From an uncultured Actinomycetota bacterium (GTDB taxonomy: Bacteria; Actinomycetota; Actinomycetes; Actinomycetales; Dermatophilaceae): DNA of 24,000 bases. Position 1 is the first letter of the stretch, and each line of letters begins with the position of its first letter. The notes beneath the pieces are model-generated. The model saw nothing but the letters and a program-made list of their open reading frames with translations. It did not search any database and was not told the DNA's origin. The translations under genes and the position numbers were made by a program. The stretch lies in NCBI GenBank assembly GCA_963754395.1, contig CAVWGJ010000002.1:101902-125901 (forward strand). Direction: 5' to 3'. Shown piece after piece: positions 9,193 to 17,335 of this stretch.

Positions 9193-10077
9193 ATGGCAGG
9201 TGGAAACCCGGTCTTCGACCGGATCGACAAGCAGCTGCAGCAGGAGCGGTACGCCGGCTTCGGCGAGCCGCAGCGCGGGCAGCAGCAGGGCCCCATGGGC
9301 TCGACCCAAGGAGCTACCGCGGGGTACGCCGTGCAGGATGCCGTGACCGCGGAGCAGCTCAACGACCTCTATGCACGTCAGGCCGCCGGTCCCGTCGACA
9401 CGGGCCGTGTGACGCTCGACGACGTCATCATCAAGAGCCTCGTGCTCTTCGTCATCACGCTGGCCGGCGCCGGCGTCTCGTGGTTCCTGGTCGACAACAA
9501 CCAGAGCCTCGTCTCGCCGCTGTGGCTCGGTGGCATGTTCGGCACGCTGATCCTCGGCTTCGCGATGATGTTCATGAAGAACATCCCGACGCCGCTCTAC
9601 TTCGTCTACGCCACGGTCCAGGGCGTGTTCGTCGGAGCGTTCAGCTACTTCCTCGCCTCGGCCTACGGCGCCGACCTGGTGCTCACGGCCGTCGTCGCCA
9701 CGCTCTGCGTGTTCGTGGCCATGTACGCCGGCTACGCGACGGGCCTGATCAAGGTGACCGAGAAGTCCCGGCGCATCTTCATCTTCATGATCGCCGGCTA
9801 CGCGCTCTTCTCGATCATCCAGGTGGTGCTCCTGATGACCGGAGTCATCAGCGGCTGGGGCTTCGGTGGCAGCGGCGTGATCGGCATCGGCCTCAGCCTC
9901 CTCGGCGTCGGCCTGGCGTCGTACTCGCTGGCGGTCGACTTCGACTCGATTGACAACGCTGTCCGCCTGGGCGCGCCGCAGAAGTACTCGTGGCTGCTCG
10001 CGCACGGCCTCATCGTCACGCTCGTCTGGCTCTACATCGAGATCGCCCGCCTCCTCGCGCGACTGCGCGACGGGTGA
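9193..10077 (+). CDS. Bax inhibitor-1/YccA family membrane protein
   Basis: ATG 9193 lies about 10 nt after GGGGAGG. Soluble Gln-rich N-terminus followed by about 7 hydrophobic helices. The C-terminal ..AVDFDSI.....GAP.KYSWLLA.GLIVTLVWLYIEI.RLL.. is typical of this family in Actinobacteria. Confidence 0.8.
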   Translation: MAGGNPVFDRIDKQLQQERYAGFGEPQRGQQQGPMGSTQGATAGYAVQDAVTAEQLNDLYARQAAGPVDTGRVTLDDVIIKSLVLFVITLAGAGVSWFLVDNNQSLVSPLWLGGMFGTLILGFAMMFMKNIPTPLYFVYATVQGVFVGAFSYFLASAYGADLVLTAVVATLCVFVAMYAGYATGLIKVTEKSRRIFIFMIAGYALFSIIQVVLLMTGVISGWGFGGSGVIGIGLSLLGVGLASYSLAVDFDSIDNAVRLGAPQKYSWLLAHGLIVTLVWLYIEIARLLARLRDG

Positions 10078-10090
10078 CGATCGACCGGCC

Positions 10091-10390
10091 GTGAGGTCGC
10101 CTGTTCCGCAGGAGGTCTCCGACGAGTTACGGCGCGTGGTCGAGCGGTGGCGTCAGCTGCCGCTCGACCACGCGCTTTCCCGTATGCCGCTGACGTCGGC
10201 TCTCGTTCAACAGCTCGCTGATCGCGTCGCCGGGTTGCGCGGCACACCGGCTGCGCAGGTGCCCGACCTCGGGCCCGCGACGGTGATGGACCAGCTGACG
10301 GTCATGGTCTACGACCTCTTCGCCACCCAGCCCGACGCAGAGGTCAGCGACCTCGTGAGCGAGCTCAGCGGCATACGACGCAGCCTCTGA
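10091..10390 (+). CDS. hypothetical protein (~99 aa; start uncertain)
   Basis: High GC3 in this frame throughout. GTG 10091 is the first in-frame start after the upstream stop. No family recognised. Contains one in-frame TTA (10127-10129) and two copies of the dispersed repeat. Confidence 0.5.
   Translation: MRSPVPQEVSDELRRVVERWRQLPLDHALSRMPLTSALVQQLADRVAGLRGTPAAQVPDLGPATVMDQLTVMVYDLFATQPDAEVSDLVSELSGIRRSL
10182..10200 (-). repeat. dispersed repeat copy (GTATGCCGCTGA + diverged tail)
   Basis: GTATGCCGCTGACGTCGGC. The first 12 nt are identical to the other copies. Confidence 0.65.
10359..10376 (+). repeat. dispersed repeat copy
   Basis: GCGAGCTCAGCGGCATAC, an exact match to the consensus (preceded by GA). 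Confidence 0.85.
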
Positions 10391-10464
10391 CGCAACACAC
10401 CCGCTCACCGCGCGCTCCCACCCGCTGCAGCAGGGGGTCGCACGGGATGAGCGGGTGTGTTGCG
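10391..10464. terminator. perfect 17-bp inverted repeat between convergent genes (probable bidirectional terminator)
   Basis: CGCAACACACCCGCTCA (10391-10407) and TGAGCGGGTGTGTTGCG (10448-10464) are exact reverse complements, with a 40-nt GC-rich spacer. It starts 1 nt after the stop at 10390 and ends 12 nt before the thiolase stop. Confidence 0.6.
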
Positions 10465-10476
10465 AGAGGGGTGGGC

Positions 10477-11700
10477 TCAGGAGAGGCGCTCGAAGATGAC
10501 CGCCATGCCCTGCCCACCGCCGACGCACATCGTCTCCAGGCCGAACTGCTCGTCCCGGTCGCGCAGCGCGTTGATGATCGTCCCGGTGATCCGCGCGCCG
10601 GTGGCCCCGAAGGGGTGGCCGATGGCGATGGCGCCACCGTTGACGTTGAGCTTGTCGTAGTCCATGCCGATCTGGTCGGCCGACCCGATGACCTGCGCCG
10701 CGAACGCCTCGTTGATCTCGTAGAGGTCCATGTCGCCGATGGACATGCCAGCCCGCTTGAGGGCGAGGCCCACGGCGTCGACCGGGCCGAGGCCCATGAT
10801 CTCGGGGGAGAGGGCGGTCGCCGCGGTGGAGACGACGCGGGCGAGCGGCTCGAGGCCGAGCTCCTTGGCCTTGGTGTCGCTCATGACGACCAGCGCCGCT
10901 GCGCCGTCGTTGAGCGGGCAGCAGTTGCCGGCCGTGACGGTGCCGTTCTCACGGAAGACCGGGTTGAGCGCCTGGACCGCCTCGAGGGTGACGCCCGGGC
11001 GGGGGCCGTCGTCCTTGGTCACGACCGTGCCGTCCGGCGTGGTGATCGGCGTGATCTCCCAGTCGAAGAAGCCGCGCTTGATGGCGGCCTCGGCGCGGTT
11101 CTGCGAGGTGACGCCCCACTCGTCCTGCCGGTCGCGGCCGATGCCGTAGGCCGTGGCCACGTTCTCCGCGGTCTGCCCCATGGCGATGTAGACGTCGGGC
11201 AGCTCGCCGTCCTCGCGGGGGTCGTGCCACGTCTCGTTCGTCTCCGCGGTGCGCTTCGTGCGGGCCTGGGCGGCGTCGAACTTCGGGTTGCGGTCGTTCT
11301 CGCTCGCACCGCCGGCCCCGGCGAACCCGACATACTGCGACACGCACTCGACGCCGGCCGAGACGAAGATGTCGCCCTCGCCCGCCTTGATCGCGTGGAA
11401 GGCCATCCGGGTCGTCTGCGCCGAGCTCGCGCAGAACCGGTTGACCGTGGCGCCCGGCGTGCCGTCCAGGTCGAGGAGCGTCGCGACGACCTTGGCCATG
11501 TTGGACCCGTGGCGGTGCGACGGCTCCGCGCAGCCCAGGTAGATGTCCTCGACGAGGGACTTGTCGAGGGCGGGGATCTTGTCGAGCGCCGCCTGGATGA
11601 CCGTGGCGGCCAGGTCGTCGGGGCGCACATCCTTGAGCGAGCCCTTGAAGGCGCGCCCGAACGGCGAGCGGGCGGTCGAGACGATGACGGCTTCGGTCAC
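10477..11700 (-). CDS. acetyl-CoA C-acetyltransferase / thiolase
   Basis: GTG 11700 lies 4 nt after AGGAGGA. Contains ..VIVSTARSPFGRAFKGSLKD.., NRFCASS (active-site Cys), GNCCPLNDGAAA, NVNGGAIAIGHPFGATGAR and the C-terminal CVGGGQGMAVIFE. Confidence 0.95.
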   Translation of the reverse strand: MTEAVIVSTARSPFGRAFKGSLKDVRPDDLAATVIQAALDKIPALDKSLVEDIYLGCAEPSHRHGSNMAKVVATLLDLDGTPGATVNRFCASSAQTTRMAFHAIKAGEGDIFVSAGVECVSQYVGFAGAGGASENDRNPKFDAAQARTKRTAETNETWHDPREDGELPDVYIAMGQTAENVATAYGIGRDRQDEWGVTSQNRAEAAIKRGFFDWEITPITTPDGTVVTKDDGPRPGVTLEAVQALNPVFRENGTVTAGNCCPLNDGAAALVVMSDTKAKELGLEPLARVVSTAATALSPEIMGLGPVDAVGLALKRAGMSIGDMDLYEINEAFAAQVIGSADQIGMDYDKLNVNGGAIAIGHPFGATGARITGTIINALRDRDEQFGLETMCVGGGQGMAVIFERLS

Positions 11701-11769
11701 GATGTCCTCCTGCGGACGGCTGTGTCTGCGGGCACCCGGAGGTAAGCGGGCGCTCAGTTCCACCCGATG

Positions 11770-11787
11770 GTATGCCGCTGGGCTGCG
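11770..11787 (-). repeat. dispersed repeat copy
   Basis: GTATGCCGCTGGGCTGCG in the divergent thiolase/lipoprotein intergenic region. Confidence 0.75.
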
Positions 11788-11890
11788 TTCGCGACAGGCG
11801 CACCCCTATGGCGTGCGTCTCGTCACGTGCTGGGCTCCTCTCCGAGATCGAGTGAACAGCTTCCGGGGCCCCGGGTTAGGGTGATCACCG

Positions 11891-12634
11891 ATGAGCGCGA
11901 CGATCCGACCTCCCCGTGGCAGCCGCGTCGCCGCCGTTGTCGGAGTCGGCCTGCTGGCAGTCCTCGCCGCCTGTACGACGTCCACCGCCCCTCCGGCCAC
12001 CTCGACGACGTCGTCCTTGGCGACTCCCACGACCAACGTGCCAGTGCCCAGCGCGGCCGAGATCCTGGAGAAGGCCAGGGCGAATGCGGTCAGTGCGAGT
12101 TCGGCAGCCTTCACCGGTCGGATTGACCAGGACGGCACCGAGATGGTCATCGACTTCAAGGGCACGAGCGACGGCTCGAGCGCTGACGTCACCCTGCAGA
12201 TCCAGGACGAGGGCAGGGTGCGGGTCATCTCGGCGGCTGAGGAGGTGTACCTCCAGGGTGATGCCCAATTCTGGAAGACGCAGGGCCTACCCTCACCGCC
12301 CGCGGCTGACAAGTTCGTCAAGGCACCCGTCGCGGCCAAGGAGCTCACGCAACAGCTCAGCCTCAACTCCTTCCTCGACGAGGCGTTCAAAGCCGTGACG
12401 CCGTCGCAGCTGTCCGACACCGTGGGTTCCGAATCGGTGGGTGGGGTCGACGCCTGGGTGATCACCGACGCCAAGGGGCAGGCCGAGGGTGCCCTCTACG
12501 TGTCGAAGTCGGAGTTCGAGATCGTCCGCTTCACGGGCTCGTCGGCGAGTCCCGGCCAGCTCGACTTCTCGCGGTGGAACGAGGACCTGGGTATCAAGCC
12601 GCCCTCGGCGGACCAGGTCGCGCCGCTCGGCTGA
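11891..12634 (+). CDS. putative lipoprotein
   Basis: Signal peptide with lipobox LAAC, followed by a Thr/Ser/Pro-rich linker. High GC3. No catalytic motif recognised. Confidence 0.75.
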   Translation: MSATIRPPRGSRVAAVVGVGLLAVLAACTTSTAPPATSTTSSLATPTTNVPVPSAAEILEKARANAVSASSAAFTGRIDQDGTEMVIDFKGTSDGSSADVTLQIQDEGRVRVISAAEEVYLQGDAQFWKTQGLPSPPAADKFVKAPVAAKELTQQLSLNSFLDEAFKAVTPSQLSDTVGSESVGGVDAWVITDAKGQAEGALYVSKSEFEIVRFTGSSASPGQLDFSRWNEDLGIKPPSADQVAPLG

Positions 12635-12651
12635 CCGGCTTCGACCGAGTT

Positions 12652-12684
12652 GAGGGGCGGAGTGATGACTTCCCGCCGCCCCTC
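12652..12684 (+). terminator. hairpin just downstream of lipoprotein gene (candidate terminator, no U-tract)
   Basis: GAGGGGCGG (12652-12660) pairs with CCGCCCCTC (12676-12684), with a 15-nt loop. It begins 18 nt after the stop codon. Confidence 0.4.
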
Positions 12685-12814
12685 TTCGTCGAGTGTGCAC
12701 TTCGCGCCGCCCCCTCTTCGTCGAGTGTGCACTTCGCGCCGCCCCCTCTTCGTCGAGTGTGCACTTTGCGCTGGGGGCGGCGGCGCGAACTGCACACTCG
12801 ACCGGAAGGGCGGG
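12673..12814. repeat. three tandem ~32-bp repeats followed by one inverted copy
   Basis: CCGCC(G)CCCCTCTTCGTCGAGTGTGCACTT(C/T)GCG occurs at 12673-12706, 12707-12738 and 12739-12770. An inverted, diverged copy CGCGAACTGCACACTCGACCGGAAGGGCGGG lies at 12784-12814. Confidence 0.9.
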
Positions 12815-12965
12815 AGTGCTGGGACTGCGCGGGCGCGCGGGTGGAGCCCAGCGGCAGACTGCCTGAAGATGGGGACGATTGACGGGACCGAAGCCGTCAA
12901 GCCCGGCGCCCCACGCAGGGACCGCACCGGACGTCCCGTCACTTCTCCCCCGTGTGCTGCATGCA

Positions 12966-12993
12966 GGAGTGCACACTCGACGGAGAGGTGCGG
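12966..12993 (-). repeat. additional inverted copy of the 32-bp unit
   Basis: GGAGTGCACACTCGACGGAGAGGTGCGG is the complement of ..CCGCACCTCTCCGTCGAGTGTGCACTCC. It lies 7 nt beyond the SGNH hydrolase stop. Confidence 0.75.
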
Positions 12994-12999
12994 CAACGA

Positions 13000-14079
13000 T
13001 CACCGTTGCGGCGCGACCTCCGGGTCCGCCTCGGCCACACCAGCGGTGACCGGCTCATCCTCGCGCACCGGGTCGGCTTGCGGGACCGCGATGGTCGGCC
13101 GGAGCCGGCGACGGATCATCGCCCAGCGACCGTGGACCCCACGGGCCTGGCCAGCGACCTCTGCGGGAGCGACCTCGGTGCCGGGGTTGGCCACCGCGCG
13201 GCTGGCCGCGACCGCCACCGGCCCGACGCCCTCGCCCCGCCACGGGCTCGGCTGGGTCGGGGCGCTGCGCTCACCGAAGAGGTCGAGCGCTGCGCTCACT
13301 GAGGGCAGCAGCGCGGCGGCCACCCGGGCGTAGCCGGCGGGACTGGGATGGAACCGGTCCTGGCTGAACATCACGTGCGGCTCGGCCGAGAAGGCGTCGC
13401 TCAGCAGGTCGCCGACCGACACGGCGCGCCCGCCAGCCTCGACCACGGCCACGGTCTGGGCGGCCGCGAGGTCTCGTGACCACCGCCGCGCGAGGTAGCG
13501 CAGCGGCTGCGGCAGCGGCTCGATCGCACCGAGGTCGGGGCAGGTGCCCACGACCACCTCCGCGCCGGCGTCGCGCAGCCGTCGGACGGCCATCTCGAGG
13601 TGCCGGACGGCCAGGGAGCGCTCGATCCGGTGCGTCACATCGTTGGCGCCGACGAGGATGACGGCGATGTCGGGGCTGGCGACGCGTTCGAGCGCCCGGT
13701 CGACCTGGCCGTCGAGATGGGGCGACTCCGCGCCGATGACCGCGACGTTCGTCAGCTCGACCGGGCGACCACTGAAGGCGGCCACTCCATTCGCCACGGT
13801 CGCCCCGATCGTCTGTCTGGCGTGCTCCGCGCCCATGCCGGCACCGGTCGAGTCGCCCAGCACGACGAGGCGGATCGCCGCTCCGTGGCCGAAGCCATAG
13901 GTCCCTTCGTCGTCCGGTGCCCCATCGAAGTGCTGGCCCACGATGCGGCGGGCCATCAGCGCCTCGATCCGGAGCAGGCCGTAGCCGGCGAGCCCGAGGG
14001 CACCCAGCCCCGCGGCGCCCACACCGCCGCCGAACGCCGCGGTCTGGGCGATCTTCCGAGCGCGTCGCGCGCGGCTCAT
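13000..14079 (-). CDS. SGNH/GDSL hydrolase family protein (membrane-anchored or exported)
   Basis: ATG 14079 lies after GAGGGGG. N-terminal hydrophobic anchor, then VVLGDSTGAG (GDS block), ILVGANDV and ..DRFHPS.. (catalytic Asp/His block). The longer ORF up to 14292 was trimmed. Confidence 0.85.
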   Translation of the reverse strand: MSRARRARKIAQTAAFGGGVGAAGLGALGLAGYGLLRIEALMARRIVGQHFDGAPDDEGTYGFGHGAAIRLVVLGDSTGAGMGAEHARQTIGATVANGVAAFSGRPVELTNVAVIGAESPHLDGQVDRALERVASPDIAVILVGANDVTHRIERSLAVRHLEMAVRRLRDAGAEVVVGTCPDLGAIEPLPQPLRYLARRWSRDLAAAQTVAVVEAGGRAVSVGDLLSDAFSAEPHVMFSQDRFHPSPAGYARVAAALLPSVSAALDLFGERSAPTQPSPWRGEGVGPVAVAASRAVANPGTEVAPAEVAGQARGVHGRWAMIRRRLRPTIAVPQADPVREDEPVTAGVAEADPEVAPQR

Positions 14080-14191
14080 GCAGAACCCCCTCATTGTGGA
14101 GTGAATCCCAGGAGAACCCGGTATCACCGTAACGTGTGGGGCTGACGGGGAATGCCCACCCTGCAACGCTGGAAGGGCAGGGGCAAGCGGA

Positions 14192-14209
14192 GCGAGCTCA
14201 GCGGCATAC
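14192..14209 (+). repeat. dispersed repeat copy
   Basis: GCGAGCTCAGCGGCATAC. The 25-nt stretch 14186-14210 is identical to 19862-19886. Confidence 0.85.
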
Positions 14210-14249
14210 CTCCCATCGACTCGGCGACAGCGCGACCTAGGATGATCCG

Positions 14250-15620
14250 GTGAAGTACGCAGAGCACATCTCCGACCTCGTCGGCAACACACCCCTCGTC
14301 AAGTTGAACTCGGTCGTCGAGGACGCCGGCGTCCGGTGCACCGTGCTGGCCAAGATCGAGTACTTCAACCCGGGAGGCTCGGTCAAGGACCGCATCGCGC
14401 TGCGCATGATCGAGGCGGCCGAGGACGAGGGACTGCTCAAGCCCGGCGGCACGATCGTCGAGCCGACGAGCGGCAACACCGGCGTCGGGCTCGCCCTCTT
14501 CGCCCAGCGGCGCGGCTACAAGTGCGTCTTCGTCTGCCCCGACAAGGTCAGCCAGGACAAGCAGGACGTGCTCAAGGCATACGGCGCGGAGGTCGTCGTC
14601 TGCCCGACCTCGGTCGCCCCCGACCATCCCGACTCCTACTACAGCGTCTCGGACCGGCTCGTGAAGGAGATCGACGGGGCCTGGAAGCCGAACCAGTACT
14701 ACAACCCCGAGGGGCCCAACAGCCACTATGCGACGACCGGCCCGGAGATCTGGGGCGACACCGACGGGAGCGTGACCCACTTCATCGCCGGCGCGGGGAC
14801 CGGCGGCACGATCAGCGGCACCGGGCGGTACCTCAAGGAGGTGTCCGACGGTGCCGTGCGGATCATCGCTGCGGACCCCGAGGGCTCGGTCTACAGCGGC
14901 GGCACCGGGCGGCCCTACCTCGTGGAGGGCGTCGGTGAGGACTTCTGGCCGGGCGCCTACGACCCCTCGGTCGTCGACGAGGTCATCGCGGTGTCCGACG
15001 CCGACTCGTTCGACATGACGCGGCGTCTCGCTCGCGAGGAGGGCCTGCTCGTGGGCGGCTCGTGCGGCATGGCCGTCGTCGCTGCGCTGCGTGCCGCCAA
15101 GGGCCTCCCCGAGGAGTCGGTGGTCGTGGTGCTCCTGCCCGACTCGGGCCGCGGCTACATGTCCAAGATCTTCAACGACGAGTGGATGTCGTCCTACGGC
15201 TTCCTCCACGACCACGACGAGCAGACCGTGGGCGAGGTGCTCCGCACGAAGTCCGGCGAGATGCCGGCGCTCGTCCACACCCACCCCAACGAGACCATCC
15301 GCGACGCGGTGCACATCCTGCGCGAGTTCGGGGTCTCACAGATGCCGGTCGTCAAGGCAGAGCCGCCCGTCATGTCCGGTGAGGTGGCCGGATCGGTCAG
15401 CGAGCGGGCGCTCATGGAGGCGCTGTTCACCGGCCAGGCGCACCTGTTCGACTCGGTCGAGAAGCACATGGAGCCCGGCCTGCCCCTCGTCGGCTCCGGC
15501 GAGCCGGTCGGCGCCGCCCGGGACGAGCTCGAGAAGTCCGACGCGATCCTCGTCGTCGAGGATGGCAAGCCGGTAGGCGTGCTGACCCGGGCCGACCTGC
15601 TCGGCTTCCTCGCCGACTGA
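14250..15620 (+). CDS. cbs: cystathionine beta-synthase (PLP fold type II domain plus C-terminal CBS-domain pair)
   Basis: GTG start. Contains ..IGNTPLVKLN..NPGGSVKDRIA..PTSGNTG.., GAGTGGTISG, and a C-terminal pair of CBS domains (..VHILREFGVSQMPVV.. and ..AILVVEDGKPVGVLTRADLL..). Confidence 0.9.
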   Translation: MKYAEHISDLVGNTPLVKLNSVVEDAGVRCTVLAKIEYFNPGGSVKDRIALRMIEAAEDEGLLKPGGTIVEPTSGNTGVGLALFAQRRGYKCVFVCPDKVSQDKQDVLKAYGAEVVVCPTSVAPDHPDSYYSVSDRLVKEIDGAWKPNQYYNPEGPNSHYATTGPEIWGDTDGSVTHFIAGAGTGGTISGTGRYLKEVSDGAVRIIAADPEGSVYSGGTGRPYLVEGVGEDFWPGAYDPSVVDEVIAVSDADSFDMTRRLAREEGLLVGGSCGMAVVAALRAAKGLPEESVVVVLLPDSGRGYMSKIFNDEWMSSYGFLHDHDEQTVGEVLRTKSGEMPALVHTHPNETIRDAVHILREFGVSQMPVVKAEPPVMSGEVAGSVSERALMEALFTGQAHLFDSVEKHMEPGLPLVGSGEPVGAARDELEKSDAILVVEDGKPVGVLTRADLLGFLAD

Positions 15621-15645
15621 CGCGACAAGCAACAAGCACCAGGCC

Positions 15646-15663
15646 GTATGCCGCTGGGCTCGC
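15646..15663 (-). repeat. dispersed repeat copy
   Basis: GTATGCCGCTGGGCTCGC, between the cbs stop and the carboxylesterase start. Confidence 0.85.
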
Positions 15664-15781
15664 TCCCAGCGCCCGGTGCCTTGGGTGCCGTCCCCGACTC
15701 GTCGCTTGCGACGCGCCTGGCGGGGAGCCCCCGGGACCTTTGCCTCTGCCGCTGTGGTGACCCGAGGCGGACCGTGGACGG

Positions 15782-17335
15782 ATGGACACGACGGTCAAGA
15801 CCCTCCAGGGGGAGCTCCGCGGACGCCTCGTCGACGGGATCCACGTGTTCCTCGGCGTTCCCTATGCCGCGCCGCCCTTCGGTGCCAACCGGCTCATGCC
15901 ACCCCAGCCCCTCGAGCCGTGGTCCGGCGTCCGGAGCGCCAGCGCACTCGGCCCGGAGCCGCCGCAGGCCGCGCCGCCGACAGTCGGGGGCTCTGAGGCC
16001 GGCGCGACGGAGGACTGGGAGGACGTCAACGCCGCCTTCGCGGCGGTGGAGCGGGCCGCAGCGTCCGAGGATTGCCTCAACCTCAACATCTGGACGCCCG
16101 ACCCGGGCGCGGCACGGCTACCGGTCATGGTGTGGATCCAGGGTGGAATGTTCGAGCTCAGCTCCACGGCCGCGTATGACGGCCGCAGCTTCGCCCGTGA
16201 CGGCGTCGTCTGTGTCGTCATCAACTGGCGACCGGGCGCGGAGGGCTTCCTGTACCTGGCCGACGGCGTCGCCAACGTCGGTCTGCTCGACCAGGTCGCG
16301 GCCCTCGAGTGGGTGCGCGAGAACATCGCGGTGTTTGGCGGTGACCCCGACAACGTGACGGTCTTCGGCGAGTCGGCTGGGGCGATGAGCATCGGCGTCC
16401 TGCTCGCCATGCCGCGTGCCGAAGGGCTGTTCCGCCGGGCAATTCTCGAGAGTGGTGCGGCGCACCACGTGACGCCGGCCAAGGATGCGCTCCGGATCGG
16501 TGCCTACCTGGCCGACCGGCTGAGCGTGCCACCGGACCGCCAGGCAATGGCGGCCGTCCGCGTCGATCGGTTCATCGCGGCGCAGGCGGCACTCAAGCAA
16601 GAGCTGATGCGCAACCCGGACCCGGACCGCTGGGGATCGGACCTCGTCGCGAGCAACATGCCTTGGGCCCCGACCGTCGACGGCATGGTCGTGCCCAGTC
16701 CACCCATCGAGCGGATCACGGCCGGAGCGGGTGGGGACGTCGACGTCATCGTGGGGACGAACACCGACGACTGGCGGCTCTGGCTCGTGGCGAGCGGGGC
16801 GATCGGCCATGTCACCGACGACATGCTCACGGGCCCGGTCGTTGACTATGGCTATCAGTCGCTCGCCGCCTACGGGCTCGAAGGCAAGGACGCGCTCGCG
16901 GCGTACCGGTCCCGGTATCCCGACCTCGGACCGGGCGACCTGCTCGCCACGGTCCAGACGGACTGGTGGATGCGTCTGCCTGCTCTCCTGCTCACCGACG
17001 GCAGATTGCGAGCCGGCGCGCGAGGGCGCACCTACATGTATGAGTTCGCTTGGCCCTCACCCGGGCTCGGGGCGGTTCATGCCCTGGAGGTGCCGTTCGT
17101 CTTCGACATCGCCCGCCCGGATCTCCCGCTCTTCGGTGGCCTGCTCGGGCCTGAGCCGCCGCAGGAGCTGGCCCGGACGATGCACGCCGAATGGGTCGCC
17201 TTCGCCACGAGTGGAGACCCGGGATGGCCGGCCTACGACCTGTCCCGGAGGGCGACGATGCGGTTCGACCTGAGCCCCACCGTCGTCGAGGACCCCCGCA
17301 ACTGGGAGCGCGACTTCTGGGAGGGCCGGCGTTGA
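15782..17335 (+). CDS. carboxylesterase/lipase family protein (type B)
   Basis: Contains ..FLGVPYAAPP.., EDCLNLNIWTP, and the nucleophile elbow FGESAGAMS. 517 aa, typical of para-nitrobenzyl-esterase-like enzymes. Confidence 0.9.
   Translation: MDTTVKTLQGELRGRLVDGIHVFLGVPYAAPPFGANRLMPPQPLEPWSGVRSASALGPEPPQAAPPTVGGSEAGATEDWEDVNAAFAAVERAAASEDCLNLNIWTPDPGAARLPVMVWIQGGMFELSSTAAYDGRSFARDGVVCVVINWRPGAEGFLYLADGVANVGLLDQVAALEWVRENIAVFGGDPDNVTVFGESAGAMSIGVLLAMPRAEGLFRRAILESGAAHHVTPAKDALRIGAYLADRLSVPPDRQAMAAVRVDRFIAAQAALKQELMRNPDPDRWGSDLVASNMPWAPTVDGMVVPSPPIERITAGAGGDVDVIVGTNTDDWRLWLVASGAIGHVTDDMLTGPVVDYGYQSLAAYGLEGKDALAAYRSRYPDLGPGDLLATVQTDWWMRLPALLLTDGRLRAGARGRTYMYEFAWPSPGLGAVHALEVPFVFDIARPDLPLFGGLLGPEPPQELARTMHAEWVAFATSGDPGWPAYDLSRRATMRFDLSPTVVEDPRNWERDFWEGRR

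Noticed and set aside
10447-11745. 432-aa plus-strand ORF spanning the thiolase locus.
   Set aside because: It is antisense to a textbook thiolase, has no recognisable motifs, and has the composition typical of GC-rich shadow ORFs.
11863-11874. Perfect 12-bp palindrome CCGGGGCCCCGG upstream of the lipoprotein gene.
   Set aside because: It is short, has no loop, and is of low complexity in GC-rich DNA. There is no second copy or contextual support.
12673-12770. Possible CRISPR array, because of regularly repeated ~32-nt units.
   Set aside because: The units are directly abutting with no spacers, there are only three copies, and no cas genes are in the window. This is a tandem repeat, not a CRISPR array.
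14192-14210. Interpreting the CATACC part of the dispersed repeat as a -10 promoter element. It sits upstream of cbs, crcB, the HhH-GPD gene, the thiolase gene and (degenerate) the tRNA.
   Set aside because: It does not fit the actinobacterial TANNNT consensus in most copies. Distances to start codons vary from 6 to about 70 nt. Several copies face the 3' ends of genes.
14080-14249. Possible SAM or other riboswitch in the cbs leader. Hairpins include CCCTGC..GCAGGG around 14155-14182.
   Set aside because: It matches no riboswitch consensus I can recall. The region is a divergent promoter gap that also contains a dispersed repeat copy, and the hairpins are short.
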